From positions 97,590,001-97,654,000 of the forward strand of contig CM059431.1 in the NCBI GenBank assembly GCA_030390025.1: 64,000 nucleotides of DNA. Direction: 5' to 3'. Every line of letters starts with the position of its first letter. Position 1 is the first letter of the stretch. This document shows, one piece after another, positions 1 through 12,429 of the stretch. The notes below the pieces were generated by a model that saw nothing but the letters and a program-made list of their open reading frames with translations, was not told the origin of the DNA and searched no databases. This stretch comes from Squalus acanthias. Lineage: Eukaryota. Made by a program: the position numbers and the translations under genes.

Positions 1-790
1 TTATCCACTTTGGCAGGAAAAATAAAAAAGCAAACTATTATTTAAATGGAGAGAGATTACAAAATGCTACAGTTCAGAGGGACCTGGGGGTCCTTGTGCA
101 TGAAACACAAAAAGTTAGCATGCAGGTACAGCAAGTAATCAAAAAGGCAAATGGAATGTTGGCCTTTATTTCAAGGGGGTTGGAGTATAAAAGCAGGGAA
201 GTCCTGCTACAACTGTACAAGGTATTGGTGAGACCACACCTTGAGTACTGCGTACAGTTTTGGTCTCCTTATTTAAGGAAGGATATACTTGTATTGGAGG
301 CAGTTCAGAGACGATTCACTAGGTTAATTCCAGAGATGAGGTGTTTGACTTATGAGGAAAGGTTGAGCAGGCTGGGCCTGTACTCATTGGAATTTAGAAG
401 AATAAGAGGTGATCTTATCGAAACATAAGATACTGAGGGGACTCGACAGGGTAGATGCAGAGAGGATGTTTCCCCTCATGGGGAAATCTAGAACTCGGGG
501 GCACAGTCTCAGAATAAATGGTCACCCTTTTAGAACTGAGATGAGGAGGAATTTCTTCTCTCAGAGGGTCATAAATCTGTGGAATTCTCTGCCCCAGAGA
601 GCCATGGAGGCTGGGTCATTAAATACATTTAAGGTGGAGATAGACAGATTTTTGCAAGATAAGGGAGTGAAGGGTTATGGGGAGCGGGCTGGGAAGTGAC
701 TTTTGAGCCCAAGATCAGCCATGATCTTACTTGAATGGCGGAGCAGGCTCGAGGGGCCAAGTGGCCTATTCCTGCTGCTATTTCTTATGT
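1..790 (+). mobile_element. CR1 LINE, 3' end of ORF2 plus 3' UTR (frameshifted)
   Basis: ORFs 96..428 and 409..699 with RPHLEYCVQFWSP and RRNFFSQRV motifs; CR1-type tail ...cctgctgctatttcttatgt. Confidence 0.92.
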
Positions 791-2560
791 AAAAAGGAAG
801 AGAGTAGCAAAAGGAAGCATTGGTCCTTTAGAGGCTGAGATAGGAGAAATTATAATGGGGAACAAGGAAATGGCAGAGACTTTAAACAAATATTTTGTAT
901 CTGGCTTCACAGTAGAAGACACAAAATGTATACGAAAAATAGTGGGGAACCAAGGGGCTAATGAGAGCGAGGAACTTAAAGTAATTAATATCAGTAGAGA
1001 AAAAGTACTTGAGAAACTAATGGGACTAAAAGCCGACAAATCCCCTGGACCTGATGGCCTACAGCCTAGGGTTCTAAAAGAGGTGGCTGCATAGATAGTG
1101 GATGTATTTGTTGTGATCTTCCAAAATTCCCTAGATTCAGGAACGGCCCCAGCGGATTGGAAGGTAGCAAATGTAACCTCGCTATTCAAGAAAGGAGGGA
1201 AGAGAGAAAACAGGGAACTACAGGCCAGTTAGCCTGACATCAGTCGCCACGAAAATGCTGGAATCCATTATTAAAGAAGTGGTAACAGGGTACTTAGAAA
1301 ATCATAATATGATTAGGCGGAATCAACATGGTTTTATGAAAAGGAAATAGTGTTTAACAAATTTATTAGAGTTTTTTTAGGATGTAACTAGTAGGGTCGA
1401 TAAAGGGGAATTAGTGGATGTACTATATGTGGATTTCCAAAAGGCATTTGATAAGGTGCCACATAAAAGGTTGTTAAGCAAGATAAGGGCACATGGGGTT
1501 GGGGGGTAAGGTATTAGCATGGATAAAGGATTGGTTAACAGACAGAAAAGAGAGAGTGGGGATAAACGGGTCATTTTCAGATTGACAGGCTATAACTAGT
1601 GGGGGGCCTCAGCTATTTACAATCTATATTAATGACTTAGATGAAGGGACCGAGTGCAATGTATCCATGTTTGCTGATGATACACAGCTAGGTGGAAAAG
1701 TAAGATGTGAGGATGCAAAGAGCCTGCAAAGAGATATAGGCAGGTTCAGTGAGTGGGCAATAAGGTGGCAGATGGAGTACAATGTGGGGAAATGTGAGGT
1801 TATCGACTTTGGTAGGAAGAATAGAAAAACAGAATATTTTTTAAATGGTGAGAAACTATTAAATGTTGGTGTTCAGAGAGATTTAGGTGTCCTAGTGCAA
1901 GAAACAGAGTTAGCATGTAGGTACAGCAAGCAATTAGGAAGGCAAATGGCATGTTGGCCTTTATTACAAGAGAGTTGGAGTACAAGAATAAGGAAGTCTT
2001 GCTACAATTGTACAGGGCTCTGGTGATACCACACCTAGAGTGCTGTGCACAGTTTTGGTCTCCTTATCTAAGGAAGGATATACTTGCCTTAGAAGCAGTA
2101 TAATGAAGGTTCACTAGATTGATTCCTGGGATGAGAGGGTTGTCCTATGAGAAAAGATCGTGTAGATTCTGGCTGTACTCTCTGGAGTTTAGAAGAATGA
2201 GAGGTGATCTCATTGAAACACAAGATTCTGAGAGGATTGACTCGGTAGATGCTGAGAGATTTTTTTCCCTTGGCTGGAGGGGGCATAATCTCAGGATAAG
2301 GGGACCGCCTTTTAAGACCGAGATAAGGAGGAATTTCTTCACTCAGAGGGTTGTGAATCTTTGGAATTCTCGGCCCCAAAGTGCTGTGGATGCTCAGTCA
2401 TTGAGTATATTCAAGGCTGAGATCGATAGGTTTTTGGACTCCAGAGGAATCAAGAGATATGGCAATAGGGCAGGAAAGTGGATTTGAGATCTTATTGAAT
2501 GGCGGAGCAGGCTCGAGGGGCCGTAAGGCCTACTCCTGCTCCTAATTCTTATGTTCTTAA
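791..2560 (+). mobile_element. CR1 LINE, decayed RT region to 3' tail
   Basis: KSPGPDG, FADDT and RRNFFTQRV motifs interrupted by stops and frameshifts; tail ...attcttatgttctta. Confidence 0.92.
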
Positions 2561-3765
2561 CTCCTACAAACTCACTTTCATCTGAATTTAGTGAGGATCA
2601 AGCTTAAATCAAAAGAGACAGAAATGAAACTGGGGCGTTTGATGCCACCTGACCATTATTGCCTCAAATGCATGAAGTCACTGGAAAAATGGGCAGGTGT
2701 CTCCGCACCGGAGGGAAACGGCCTCACAGGGTGGGCTGGGTGTGAACCCGGGCGGACACCCGTCCACCTTACAGTATCAGCTGTCCAATTAACACCACCA
2801 ATACAGGCGGCGGGTGGGAATTCAACACAAACAAGCATCGTGTGAGCTTTAGTTGCGGTTTGGTTTGGTTTGGTTGGTAGCTCTTCTTGAGTGAAAAAAA
2901 ATTAAATTTTGTTTGTCCGGTCATTTTTTGAAAGTCTCCGCCGTCGTGTCCAAATTGCTGAGTATGTCTGAAACCAGAGAGAGAAACTGGGCCACAGGCT
3001 CCGTCTGACTCAGCAACAATCTGCGACGTGAAGGTTAATATTCAGGAGCCCGCAGCCACGGCCTGTTCACACTGCAAGCAGGCCAGTTATTTTTCTCTCT
3101 GCCGAGGAAGAATAGTTAAGTCGGTAACTACTGGAAATTAGGTTTTCATTGCTGCAGTTCACACCTCCAGCGGTAAACAAATGTGTTTGGCGGTTTAGAC
3201 CTTAAGCCAGAGTCTAGCAAAGTGGTGATTCGACTGCCTTCTAAATGTGAGGATATGAGATATACCCAATAATCTGAAACCCAGTAACAAGGGAGTTCTG
3301 TTCAATCCCTGGGGTCGCTACAAATTACCCAGATACTGAGTGGGTGAAGGCATGTTGCGCCAATGATGAGCTATATCTGTCCAGAGTGATTTAGTGGCTA
3401 GCCCTTTAAATCCATTCTCAGTACATGAGCCGTTTTAAACAGCAACTACACTTGCTCTGATTCCTGTACCGACAGTGCTGCAAGTACAGGCGGAAGCTGA
3501 GACAATGTTTTGATTGGCTCACTGTGAACGACTTCAATCTGAATGGTCTGTTATTTAAAAATCCAAGCAATTCCAGAAACTCTTTCCTGGGATAGGAACT
3601 CCTGAATCAAACATCGGCTCGGAGTTTCCAAGAAACGGTGTTGATTGTTTCATCTCCCACAGTGGCAAGAAATTCAAGGAGAATCCGTATATTATTTAGC
3701 TTTGTTGTTAAAATGTGATCGTTTCATTATTTTGTCCACTTGAGGGGTTGTCCAGAAGGATGTGT

Positions 3766-3864
3766 AAATATAGAACAACAACAGAAAATGCTGGAAACAC
3801 TCAGCAGGCCAGGCAGCATCCGTGGAGAGAGAAACAGAGTTACCGTTTCAGGTCTGGGACCCTT
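3766..3864 (-). mobile_element. Penelope-like element terminal-repeat remnant
   Basis: Reverse complement ...GGGTCCCAGACCTGAAACGGTAACTCTGTTTCTCTCTCCACGGATGCTGCCTGGCCTGCTGAGTGTTTCCAGCATTTTCTG; same family as 14597-14698; hammerhead-like stem II plus GAAAC. Confidence 0.65.
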
Positions 3865-4159
3865 GGATTACATCACTCTAGTGCTAGTTTATCCTTTGTT
3901 TAATGTAATTTGTTGAAAATTTTGAACTTAAACTGATGTGACACCATGGGGCCATCGGCCCTGTGCAGCATCTAAAACTGATTACCGACAGGGCACGCTA
4001 TTCGTTCCGCTGGGAACGATCCCAGATTTCACGCCCAGAATGGACTCTCTCCCACGAGAGTGATCTACTTACGAGAGATGGAATAACTGATAAGTTTGGA
4101 AAAGATATTAAAAGATTTGGTGGCTCATGTGGAGAAATATGCTAGCACAGACATGGGCC

Positions 4160-5856
4160 GAATGAGAATAGAACAAGTGGCGATGGCATCGGATGATGAG
4201 ATTAGTAATGAGATAACTGCATTTAAAATAAAACGAGGAGATATATTAACTAAACTAAAGAAACTCAGGATAAAACCCCTGGTCCAGACGGATTACATCT
4301 ACGCATTTTAAAAGAATCTAGGGAAGAGATACTAGAGGCATTACTACACATATTTAGTAATTCGTTAGAAAAAGGTGTAGTGCCAGAGGACTGGCGGATA
4401 GCTAACGTAATACCGATATTTAAGAAGGGGGATAGAACATGTCCAGGGAATTATAGACCAGTCAGCTTAACATCGGTGGTAGGAAAAATAATGGAATCTC
4501 TACTAAAGGAGAAAATGGAAGAACATTTAGAAACCAAAAATATAAAAATAGCATGGATTTCAAAAGGGAAAGTCTTGCTTAACCAACCTAATTGAATTTT
4601 TGAAGAGGTAACAGAGTGCAGACAAGGGTAATGCAGTAGATGTAATTTATCTAGATTTTCAAAAGGCCTTCGATAAGGTACCACATAATAGACTAATGAA
4701 TAAGGTCAGAGCATATGGAGTCAGGGGACAAGTAGCAGATTGGATAGCTAGCTGGCTTCAAGACAGAAAGCAGAGAGTAGGGGTAAAGGGTAGCTATTCA
4801 GAGTGGCAGAAGGTGGGAAGTGGTGTTCCACAAGGATCAGTGCTGGGACCACTGTTGTTCACAATTTATATTAACGATTTAGACTTTGGAATCAAAAACA
4901 CAATTTCTAAATTTGCGGACGACACCAAATCCGGCGGTGGGGGGGGGGGGGGGGGGGGGGGAAGAGATAGTCAATACTGAGGAGGACTGCAACAAATTAC
5001 AAGAAGCCATTAATAAACTTGAAGAATGGGCATATAATTGGCAAATTAAATTCAACACAGATAAATGTGAGGTATTACATTTTGTTAAGAAAAATAGGGA
5101 GGTCACATATTACTTGGAAAATAAGAACCTAAATGGGGTAGAAGAGCAAAGGGATCTCGGAGTACAAACACACAAAGTATCAACACAGGTTAACAAGGCC
5201 ATAAAAAAAGCAAACCAAGCACTAGGGTTTATTTCTTGAGGGATAGAAGTGAAAAGTAGTGAAGTTATGCTAAACTCGTATTGAACCTTGGTTAGACCAC
5301 ACGGACTACTGCGTACAATTCTGGTCGCCATATTATAAAATGGATAGAGGCACTGGAGAGGGTGCAGAGAAGATTTACAAGAATGATACCAGAAATGCGA
5401 GGGTATACCTATCAGGAAAGGGTGAACAGGCTGGGTCTCTTTTCCCTTGAATAGAGAAGGCTGAGGGGTGACCTAATAGAGGTCTTTAAAATCATGAAAG
5501 GTTTTGATAGAGTATATACAGAGAGAGTATTTCCACTTGTGGGGAAGAGCAAAACTAGAGGCCATCAATATAAGATAGTCACCAAGAAATCCAATAGGGA
5601 ATTCAGAAGAAACTTCTTTACCCAGAGAGTGGTGAGAATGTGGAACTCGCTACCACAGGGAGTGGTTGAAGCGAATAGTATCGATGCATTTAAGGGGCAG
5701 TTAGATAAGCATATGAGGGAGAAGGGAATAGAGGGTTATGCTGATAGATTTAGATGAGGAAAGATGGGGGGAGGCTCGAGTGGAGCATAAATGCCAGCAT
5801 GGACTGGTTGGGCCAAATGGTCTGTTTCTGTGCTGTATATCCTATGTAATCCTATG
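4160..5856 (+). mobile_element. CR1 LINE, 5'-truncated and decayed
   Basis: [23 protein letters not shown] and FADDTK motifs; poly-G expansion at ~4938-4961; tail atcctatgtaatcctatg. Confidence 0.92.
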
Positions 5857-6567
5857 AAAGCATGTTCCAGAATGGCAACAGACCAATGATCAGCAGTGCC
5901 CGTTTGTCAGACCATATCAGTAAATTTCAGGTTAACAAACTTACATGTACAAAAAAAAAACAATTCTCTAATAAAGGCATATTTTATTTTAAACTGTATT
6001 TTACAATTGACGTGAAATTATTTATAAAACAAGCATTTGGGTGCGAATCACAAGGAGACACAGACTGTACATATGCAGCACTCAGATATACATGGATTGT
6101 TTATTTAAAGGCATTTACCCTTAAAGCTGGTTTCCAGCAACAATCAGCTATCACTGACACAAAATTGCACCATACAGAGGCTATTGCGTATACAACAGGA
6201 CACAGCATGTTGTGTTTGGTAGAAAGTTGCCCTATGCAACAACACGAGTTATTTAATCTCACCTCGTGATACCAAGGGTCTTCCTCACCCGCAATAATAA
6301 TTTACGCACTTATTTTACCCTTTAGCTAATAATACTAATAACTGGAAAATATTCAGCTCTAGTTAACCAGAAACGTAGCCATTATATCCTGCTGGTATAA
6401 CTAGAGTCCAGTCAATGGCCTAGGATCATCACCGTTTATACACAACAGGAAGGTTCAATTCTTCAACTTAGAGAAATTGGATATTCCAGCAGCAATCATT
6501 TTTAATTACACCAAATGAATGATTAATACAGAACAACGGTACTCCTATACTTTAAACCCTAATAGAT

Positions 6568-7153
6568 CAGGAGTGGCCAAACTACAGCCCTGTGGCCACA
6601 TGCAACCCTTGAGCCCCACCAATCGAACCTGCCATGCCCAGGCGACCCACTGCTCTTTACCCAAAGATTTCAGCTCTCGCTAGGTTGTCCAGTTTGAATT
6701 TTGTGGGCCTGGAGGTTTGGGAAAGTGCTGTTCTTCGTGGTGTTGCCTCAGTGATGGATAATCCTAAATCAGAACACCAGGATCTGTCAGTGTTAGCGGC
6801 CAGTTTTTCACTGTAATCTCACACCTACTAAGAACTGACCAAGTGTAGGGCTCACACACAGACTTTACACCCGGCCATCTGGGTGGGAACTGAACCCTTG
6901 TCCTTTTAATTGTTGACTTTTGGTGATGGTCTACCAAAGTCAATCACTGCCAAGAATACTGCTGAAGAGGAGACAAACAGCATCTTCTCCGGGACACTTT
7001 GCGGAGAATTAGGATCTCCTTCATGGATCAATTCTAAATCCGAACGGCAGGATCCGTTAGTGCCAGTAGCCCAAGACATAAGGGAATTAATGAGGGCATG
7101 GATTTAAACTTTACACGTTTAGACACCAAACACTAAAATGTTGGACACTCCTG
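6568..7153. mobile_element. Non-autonomous hAT (Charlie-like) DNA transposon
   Basis: Terminal inverted repeats CAGGAGTGGCCAA / TTGGACACTCCTG (12/13 match). The 8-bp flanks taatagat and ctataagt match only 4/8, so any TSD is decayed. Confidence 0.6.
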
Positions 7154-7477
7154 CTATAAGTGAATGCGTCTGTTAACAGAGGTGTATCCGGATTCCGAGT
7201 TATACATAAATATATAGAATAAAATGATTTGATTTTGCATTGAATTTACGACCTTTCTAATCACTGTTTTCGATTAAGCGGATTAGTAAAATCAACTTGC
7301 AGAAAAATTGTTCAGGGATAGCATATGAGTTAGGGTTCCTGGCACAGGGCTGCATGTGATGGGAGCGCCCGTCAGGAAATCAGGCAGCGGTCAGCACGTG
7401 GCGCACGATTTTCCAGCTGTATATCTGCCCCCATCAATCAATGCTCTGTGCTGGAGCGCCAATTTGTAAAATGGGTG

Positions 7478-7697
7478 AGTTAACCTAGTGGCTTAGGTAC
7501 TGGACCAGCAACCTAAAGGCGTGAGTTCAGATCCCACCAGGGCAAGTTGTGAATTGAATTCAAGAAATCTGGTCATTTCTGGGCTGGCATCAGAAAAATG
7601 ACCATGAAATCTGCCGGATTGTCGTAAAAACCCAACTGGTTCACTAAAGTCCTTCAGGGAAGCAAACCTGCCGTCCTTAACCTACATGCGACTCCAA
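7478..7697 (+). mobile_element. tRNA-derived SINE fragment
   Basis: A-box-like and B-box-like (GAGTTCAGATCCC) head followed by the body ...gtcgtaaaaacccaactggttcactaaagtccttcagggaag..., recalled as a common elasmobranch SINE. Confidence 0.5.
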
Positions 7698-8764
7698 TAA
7701 ATCCCAAGACAGACACGGAGTTGGTGAGTGAGCCCTTCCCCACTTCCAGGTGAGGCTTTGAAAGTTGCAGAATGTGCCACAATGCACAAAGTTAATTACA
7801 CTCCAAGAATTATCGGGCAAAACTAGTGAATCTACTCGCTACAGAAATAAAACAATTGCATTGAAAAAGAGGTGCACACATAATGACTGTTGAAATTCTG
7901 ACCACACACAGTAAACAGCGAGCAGTTAGTCAGTGCTGGCGACACAGATTTTATCCTTCTAAAAATGGTATACTTTCATTGTGAAACAGTGATCTGAACA
8001 ATTTCTTTGTACCGATTTACAAAAACATCACACAATATCATTGATAATCATTCCAATAAATAAGTGACCTTTCATCGAGCACTCTGCATAAATGAAAGAA
8101 CTGAGACTATTTTCTAACAAGCCATTTAATTATGTTATCGAATAATAAGTTACTCTGTTTGGCTGCCTCTGTATATGTTCTTAGGAAGAGTTACATATTT
8201 GTGTGTATTAAACAAATCAGAGATCAATGGCAGAATTCAAGATGAGGCTTTGGCATTTTGGGAATATTTTTCATTAAATCTCGCAAACCACAGATGTCCG
8301 ATTTAACGATAAACAGACGCTCATTATAAAATAAGGAGCTTAACGATTTGTTTTTTCTTTCACAAACACTGTTCTTGAAGTTAATGGTATTTCAGTCTTG
8401 CTCCATTTGCTCAGCATAGTAGAAAAGTTATCGAAGTGATAGAATGTAATGCATAATTCAAATCTAACCTTTTAACTTTAAAAATTGCTTTGATCAGAGC
8501 CTTTATGTACACACAAAAGACTCAATGCAGTTTATGCAGCGTACAAAATAATGGAAGCAAATTTTCAACAATGGTAAAGATTACAGCATTCGAGTCACTG
8601 GAAAGGTTAAAGTAAGTTCACATTTTTAACCTTTAAGCCACTCCAGTTAGAAACCGGATAAGAAGCAAATTCCCGTGAGCTGCAGTTACAACTATTTTAA
8701 AGGCAATCACTTTAATACTTACACTGAGGAGAGAAGGGGTTTCAAAAACAAAAAAGCATAACAT

Positions 8765-9265
8765 TTGCTCTCCTGGTCGGCCTCCCATCTTCCACCCTCC
8801 ATAAACTTGAGCTCATCTAAAACTCTGCTACCTGTATCCTAACTTGTACCAAGTCCCGTTCACAGATCACCCCAGTGCTCGCTGATCTACATTGTCTCCA
8901 ATCCCTCCATGGCCTTGCTCCATCCTATCTCTCTAACCTCCTCCAGCCCTACAACCCTCTGAGTTCTCTGCGCTCCTCCAATTCTGGCCTCTTGTGCACC
9001 CCCCAATTTTCACCACTCCACGATTGCCGGCTATGCCTTCAGCTGCCTGGGCTCCAAGCTCTAAAATTCCCTGCCTAAATCTCTACCTCTCTCTCCTCCT
9101 TTAAGAGGCTCCTTAAAACCTCCCTCTTTGACTAAGCTTTTGGTCACCTCTCCTAATGTCTCATCCTTTGGTTCGGTGTCAATTTTTGTTTGGTTACGTT
9201 TTTGTGAAGCACCTTGGGACGTTTTACTATGTTAAAGGCGCTATATAAATGCAAGTTGTTGTTGT
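8765..9265 (+). mobile_element. L2-clade LINE 3' fragment
   Basis: ITPVLADLH-type coding remnant and tail ggcgctatataaatgcaagttgttgttg; homologous to 41985-42530 and 50920-51925. Confidence 0.85.
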
Positions 9266-9779
9266 GATAACTTGGGTTGTATTTACAGGACAAGTGTAGT
9301 GTTGATGTGAAGTGGTTCTACTTTGCACCACTACTACAGTTCTAAGGGTGGATTTTATGAATGGGCACTCCCAGCAAGGAGGCTCACTGGCCGGGAGCAC
9401 GCATCGAGATAGTGAAGGGTTCCTCCCCACGATTTTGCTACTCTACTCTCAGTGCCTGTTTATTGAAATTGACCCAATGGTTTAAATGCAACTTGAAACT
9501 AAAGTCGAGACCTGGTCCCAGATGGAGCGAAGCAGAGTGAGAGTCCCTGGATTCAAAACGATACAGGATCAGCGTCAGTGCAAATTGGAAATTGCTTGAC
9601 ACACAACTGGCGGGGTCAACTGCCAATTTTGTGAGCTGTGTACTGTTTGGTAAATTGTGCAATTATTGCACTAACATAGTCAAGAATGCTCTGACCAACA
9701 CTCAATTATATGAACTAGTTTATTTGTTACAACTAGCTGTATTGACAAGAGTTCCCAACCCAAGTGAATGACCCATAAG

Positions 9780-9908
9780 GAACAAAATGATTTTCAGGGC
9801 TATGGGGAAAGAGCGGGGGGAGTGGGACTAATTGGAGAGTTCTTTCAAAGAGCCGGCACAGGCACGATGGGCCAAATGGCCACCTTCTGTGCTGGAAGAT
9901 TCTATGAG
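9780..9908 (+). mobile_element. Short CR1 3'-UTR fragment
   Basis: gggctatggggaaagagcggggg...gggccaaatggccaccttctgtgctg resembles other CR1 tails in the window. Confidence 0.65.
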
Positions 9909-11070
9909 TTAAAACCCTCCCAGGCAGAGATGTTAGTTATGTTTTCCAGAAAAAACTTTAAGCATGATTGGTCATTTTCTTTCTCCAAATTGTCCTCAAA
10001 AGAAAAATTTCATTTTCAAACAATAAAAGCGAATGCTTCCTCCCTGTGTAACCAAGGGCTCACTGCAACAATCGCAGCAACGAGCAGTTTGAAGCGGGCA
10101 ATTTCCAAGGTGGTAACATCACTATCAGGCTGTTAATTAGTTTTCGTTAAAAGAACAATTTCACCTCAACTGTCCAAATAACAGCTGCTTTTGCAGGTCC
10201 GAGAAAGCCAGATGCTGCAAGTTGCATTTCGCAGGAAGCGCAAAATCAGCGCACAGATTAGGGGTCAGTCGGTAAGGTTGCAGCCTCAGCACAGTGGGAG
10301 AGGATGATAACAGTCCTACCGACACTCATCACTCACAGCGTGTAAAACCCTCCTGTGTTGTGATTTAGCCTCCTGACATATTCTTACATCCTGAATAATC
10401 CAAACACATTCTGTTCATTCAGAAAGTGCATTGCTGCATTGTGTACGTTTATTAGACAGCGGGATTACGAGCAGTGTCACTTAAGAGTTTTCAACGCTGT
10501 CAGAGTATTATGACGTGTTAAAGGAAATTAATTGATGTACATTGCAAGTGTGAGAAAGTGGGGCGTTTCACTTTTAACCCCCCAGTCCTCCACACAAGAC
10601 ACAATTTGATCTGGGCTGGTGCGTGTCTTTTGAATAGTGACCACACTTCACAACAGATTCACCGGAATTGTAGCAGGTAGAACTTTTGGGAGTTTTAAAA
10701 GCCAGAGAGTAATTACCGGCTGTGATGCTATTGTAGGACAGCCTTAACCCACTCGTACCTAATCCCTCTCGCTGCATTTTTAACCCGCTTAAATTAAACA
10801 GCCTCTGTTTAAATAGCGTGAGAGATATTTAAGAGGTGTGTTACCATCATTCCCAGTGATTTCCACCCATCGACCTGTGTGTGACCTTGAGAAGCTGTAG
10901 CCATCAGTGTTCCTTTACTATGAAGCATACAAATCTGTGGTGTAGTATATGGCATGTTCAGAATATTAAAATACTGCCATACTCGCTGAGCAGAACTCTG
11001 AGCCTCTCGGTGGATTTCTGCAGCAGACATAAGATTGTTTGACACACAGCAGCCACCAAACATTTTGTAT

Positions 11071-11261
11071 AGGGGGAGATTTCACAAACTCGCGGCTCCC
11101 AGTGCAGAGTCTCGCCCACCTGAAGCTCACATCAGGAACTCGAACACTGGGCTCGAGGGGCCCCTGCGGGATTCTGACAGACAATCCCGCGTTGATCTCC
11201 GCACCTTAATCCCCAGCGAGTGAAGCCCGGCACCCAGTTACAAAGTCAGAAATTCTAGCCC
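11071..11261. mobile_element. Possible short MITE (PIF/Harbinger-like ends)
   Basis: GGGGGAGATTT ... AATTCTAGCCC imperfect inverted ends around a GC-rich insert. Confidence 0.35.
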
Positions 11262-11291
11262 AAACTTTCCTAGTGTTTCGTAGTACAACAA

Positions 11292-11297
11292 TTTATT
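11292..11297 (-). promoter_or_regulatory. Candidate polyadenylation signal (AATAAA) for the ARHGEF7 read-through isoform
   Basis: First canonical AATAAA I found on the minus strand downstream of the stop at 12215 (~0.92 kb). Confidence 0.35.
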
Positions 11298-11699
11298 GAA
11301 GGTTTGTTTATAACTTTGACAAGTCTCTGTTTCTATACAACTAGAAGGTTTTAGTCTAACCTTGGGTGGGGAATAGAATTTTTAACACTTGCCAATGCCA
11401 TGCATTCAGTGCAACCTAAAATGGGCCCGTATATCTCCCGTTATTTAAGTAACAGTGAGAATTAGCCACTCAATACACAATTACTGTCAAAATATTTTTC
11501 GATGAGACATTAACTACCACCAACAAGGGAAAAAGGCAAGATATTCAATGGCAACTGATGGAGGAATGGGTGTAAGAGAATGCCAAGAGTACCATTTAGG
11601 ATTTGCAATATTTTTGGCAAGATTAGCATGTGTCAAAATCTCAATTGCTGAACACTATAATTCTGGTTTTACTGAGCCTCTGAACTCAAATACTCGCTT

Positions 11700-12022
11700 C
11701 CTTCTGGTCGGTTTGCTTCCCTCCCCCACCCCGACGTCAAGGCCCTCGGTCCGCACTGGAACCTGGTCAATGTGAGCGCCGGTCACCATCCAGCACCTGC
11801 CCCTTGATTGACCATTAGTCACGTGTAGACCTTGACTGCGAGTGCAGGAAAGCTATTCGACCATAGCATCCAGTCCAGTCCTCACCTGTAGGAAGGGTCA
11901 CTGGGCACCAATCAGGAGCAGCTGATTTTCCCCTCTCTGGCCCAGGACACAGAGGCCGAGTGTAGCTCCGCCCCCTCTATCGGCACCACCAGCTGAGGTC
12001 AGCAAACTCAGCACAGACCAGT
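11700..12022 (-). mobile_element. SINE-like dispersed repeat with truncated head, within the putative ARHGEF7 3' UTR
   Basis: Reverse complement starts GGTCTGTGCTGAGTTTGCTGACCTCAGCTGG, recalled as the post-B-box segment of a shark SINE; not verified. Confidence 0.4.
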
Positions 12023-12214
12023 CAACTAAAGAGGAGAGCTCTTGCGCTGCCCGAATCACCACCCAAGGAACGGAGAGCGGGGAATGGAAGAGCCTCAGGT
12101 ACAAGCTAAAAAATCCTTGCTTTGACACATTAACATAAGGACACAGTTTAGCAGGCAAACATCACCGAACAACCAATTAATACAACAAGCAATTCTTACA
12201 AACGGGAGATTTCC

Positions 12215-12429
12215 TTAGTTCTGGTGGGAGATATACGAACAACAGCTTTTACGAGTTGCTGACCCCATTCGGTAACTGTGGGCCAGCCATATGCTGTCAT
12301 AGTCAGAGTCTTCAGACAGATCAGCAGGCTCCAAGCGGGAGAGGCTACTGCGACGCGCCGAGGAGTCCAGGCTCGATAAATCATCGTCACTCAACACATG
12401 GTTATGCATCAAGTCAGTGCCTTGCCATG
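12215..12429 (-). CDS. ARHGEF7: ARHGEF7 insert exon with read-through terminus (TWQGTDLMHNHVLSDDD...MGSATRKSCCSYISHQN-stop); internal donor after 12253
   Basis: ccttag|CATGG acceptor, phase 1; TAA at 12215-12217; contained in ORF 12215..12472(-). 12253-12429 is 177 nt = 59 codons, the recalled size of the beta-PIX-b insert. Confidence 0.93.

Noticed and set aside
10983..11017. Possible 35-nt ARHGEF7 micro-exon (cag|AAATCC...GCGA|gtatgg, minus strand)
   Set aside because: Not frame-symmetric with the phase-1 flanking exons, weak pyrimidine tract, no recognisable homology.
1..12200. ARHGEF7 C-terminal coiled-coil exons (APQVLLPEEEK..., SLVDTVYALKDEV...)
   Set aside because: Searched by eye on the minus strand and not found; probably left of the window.
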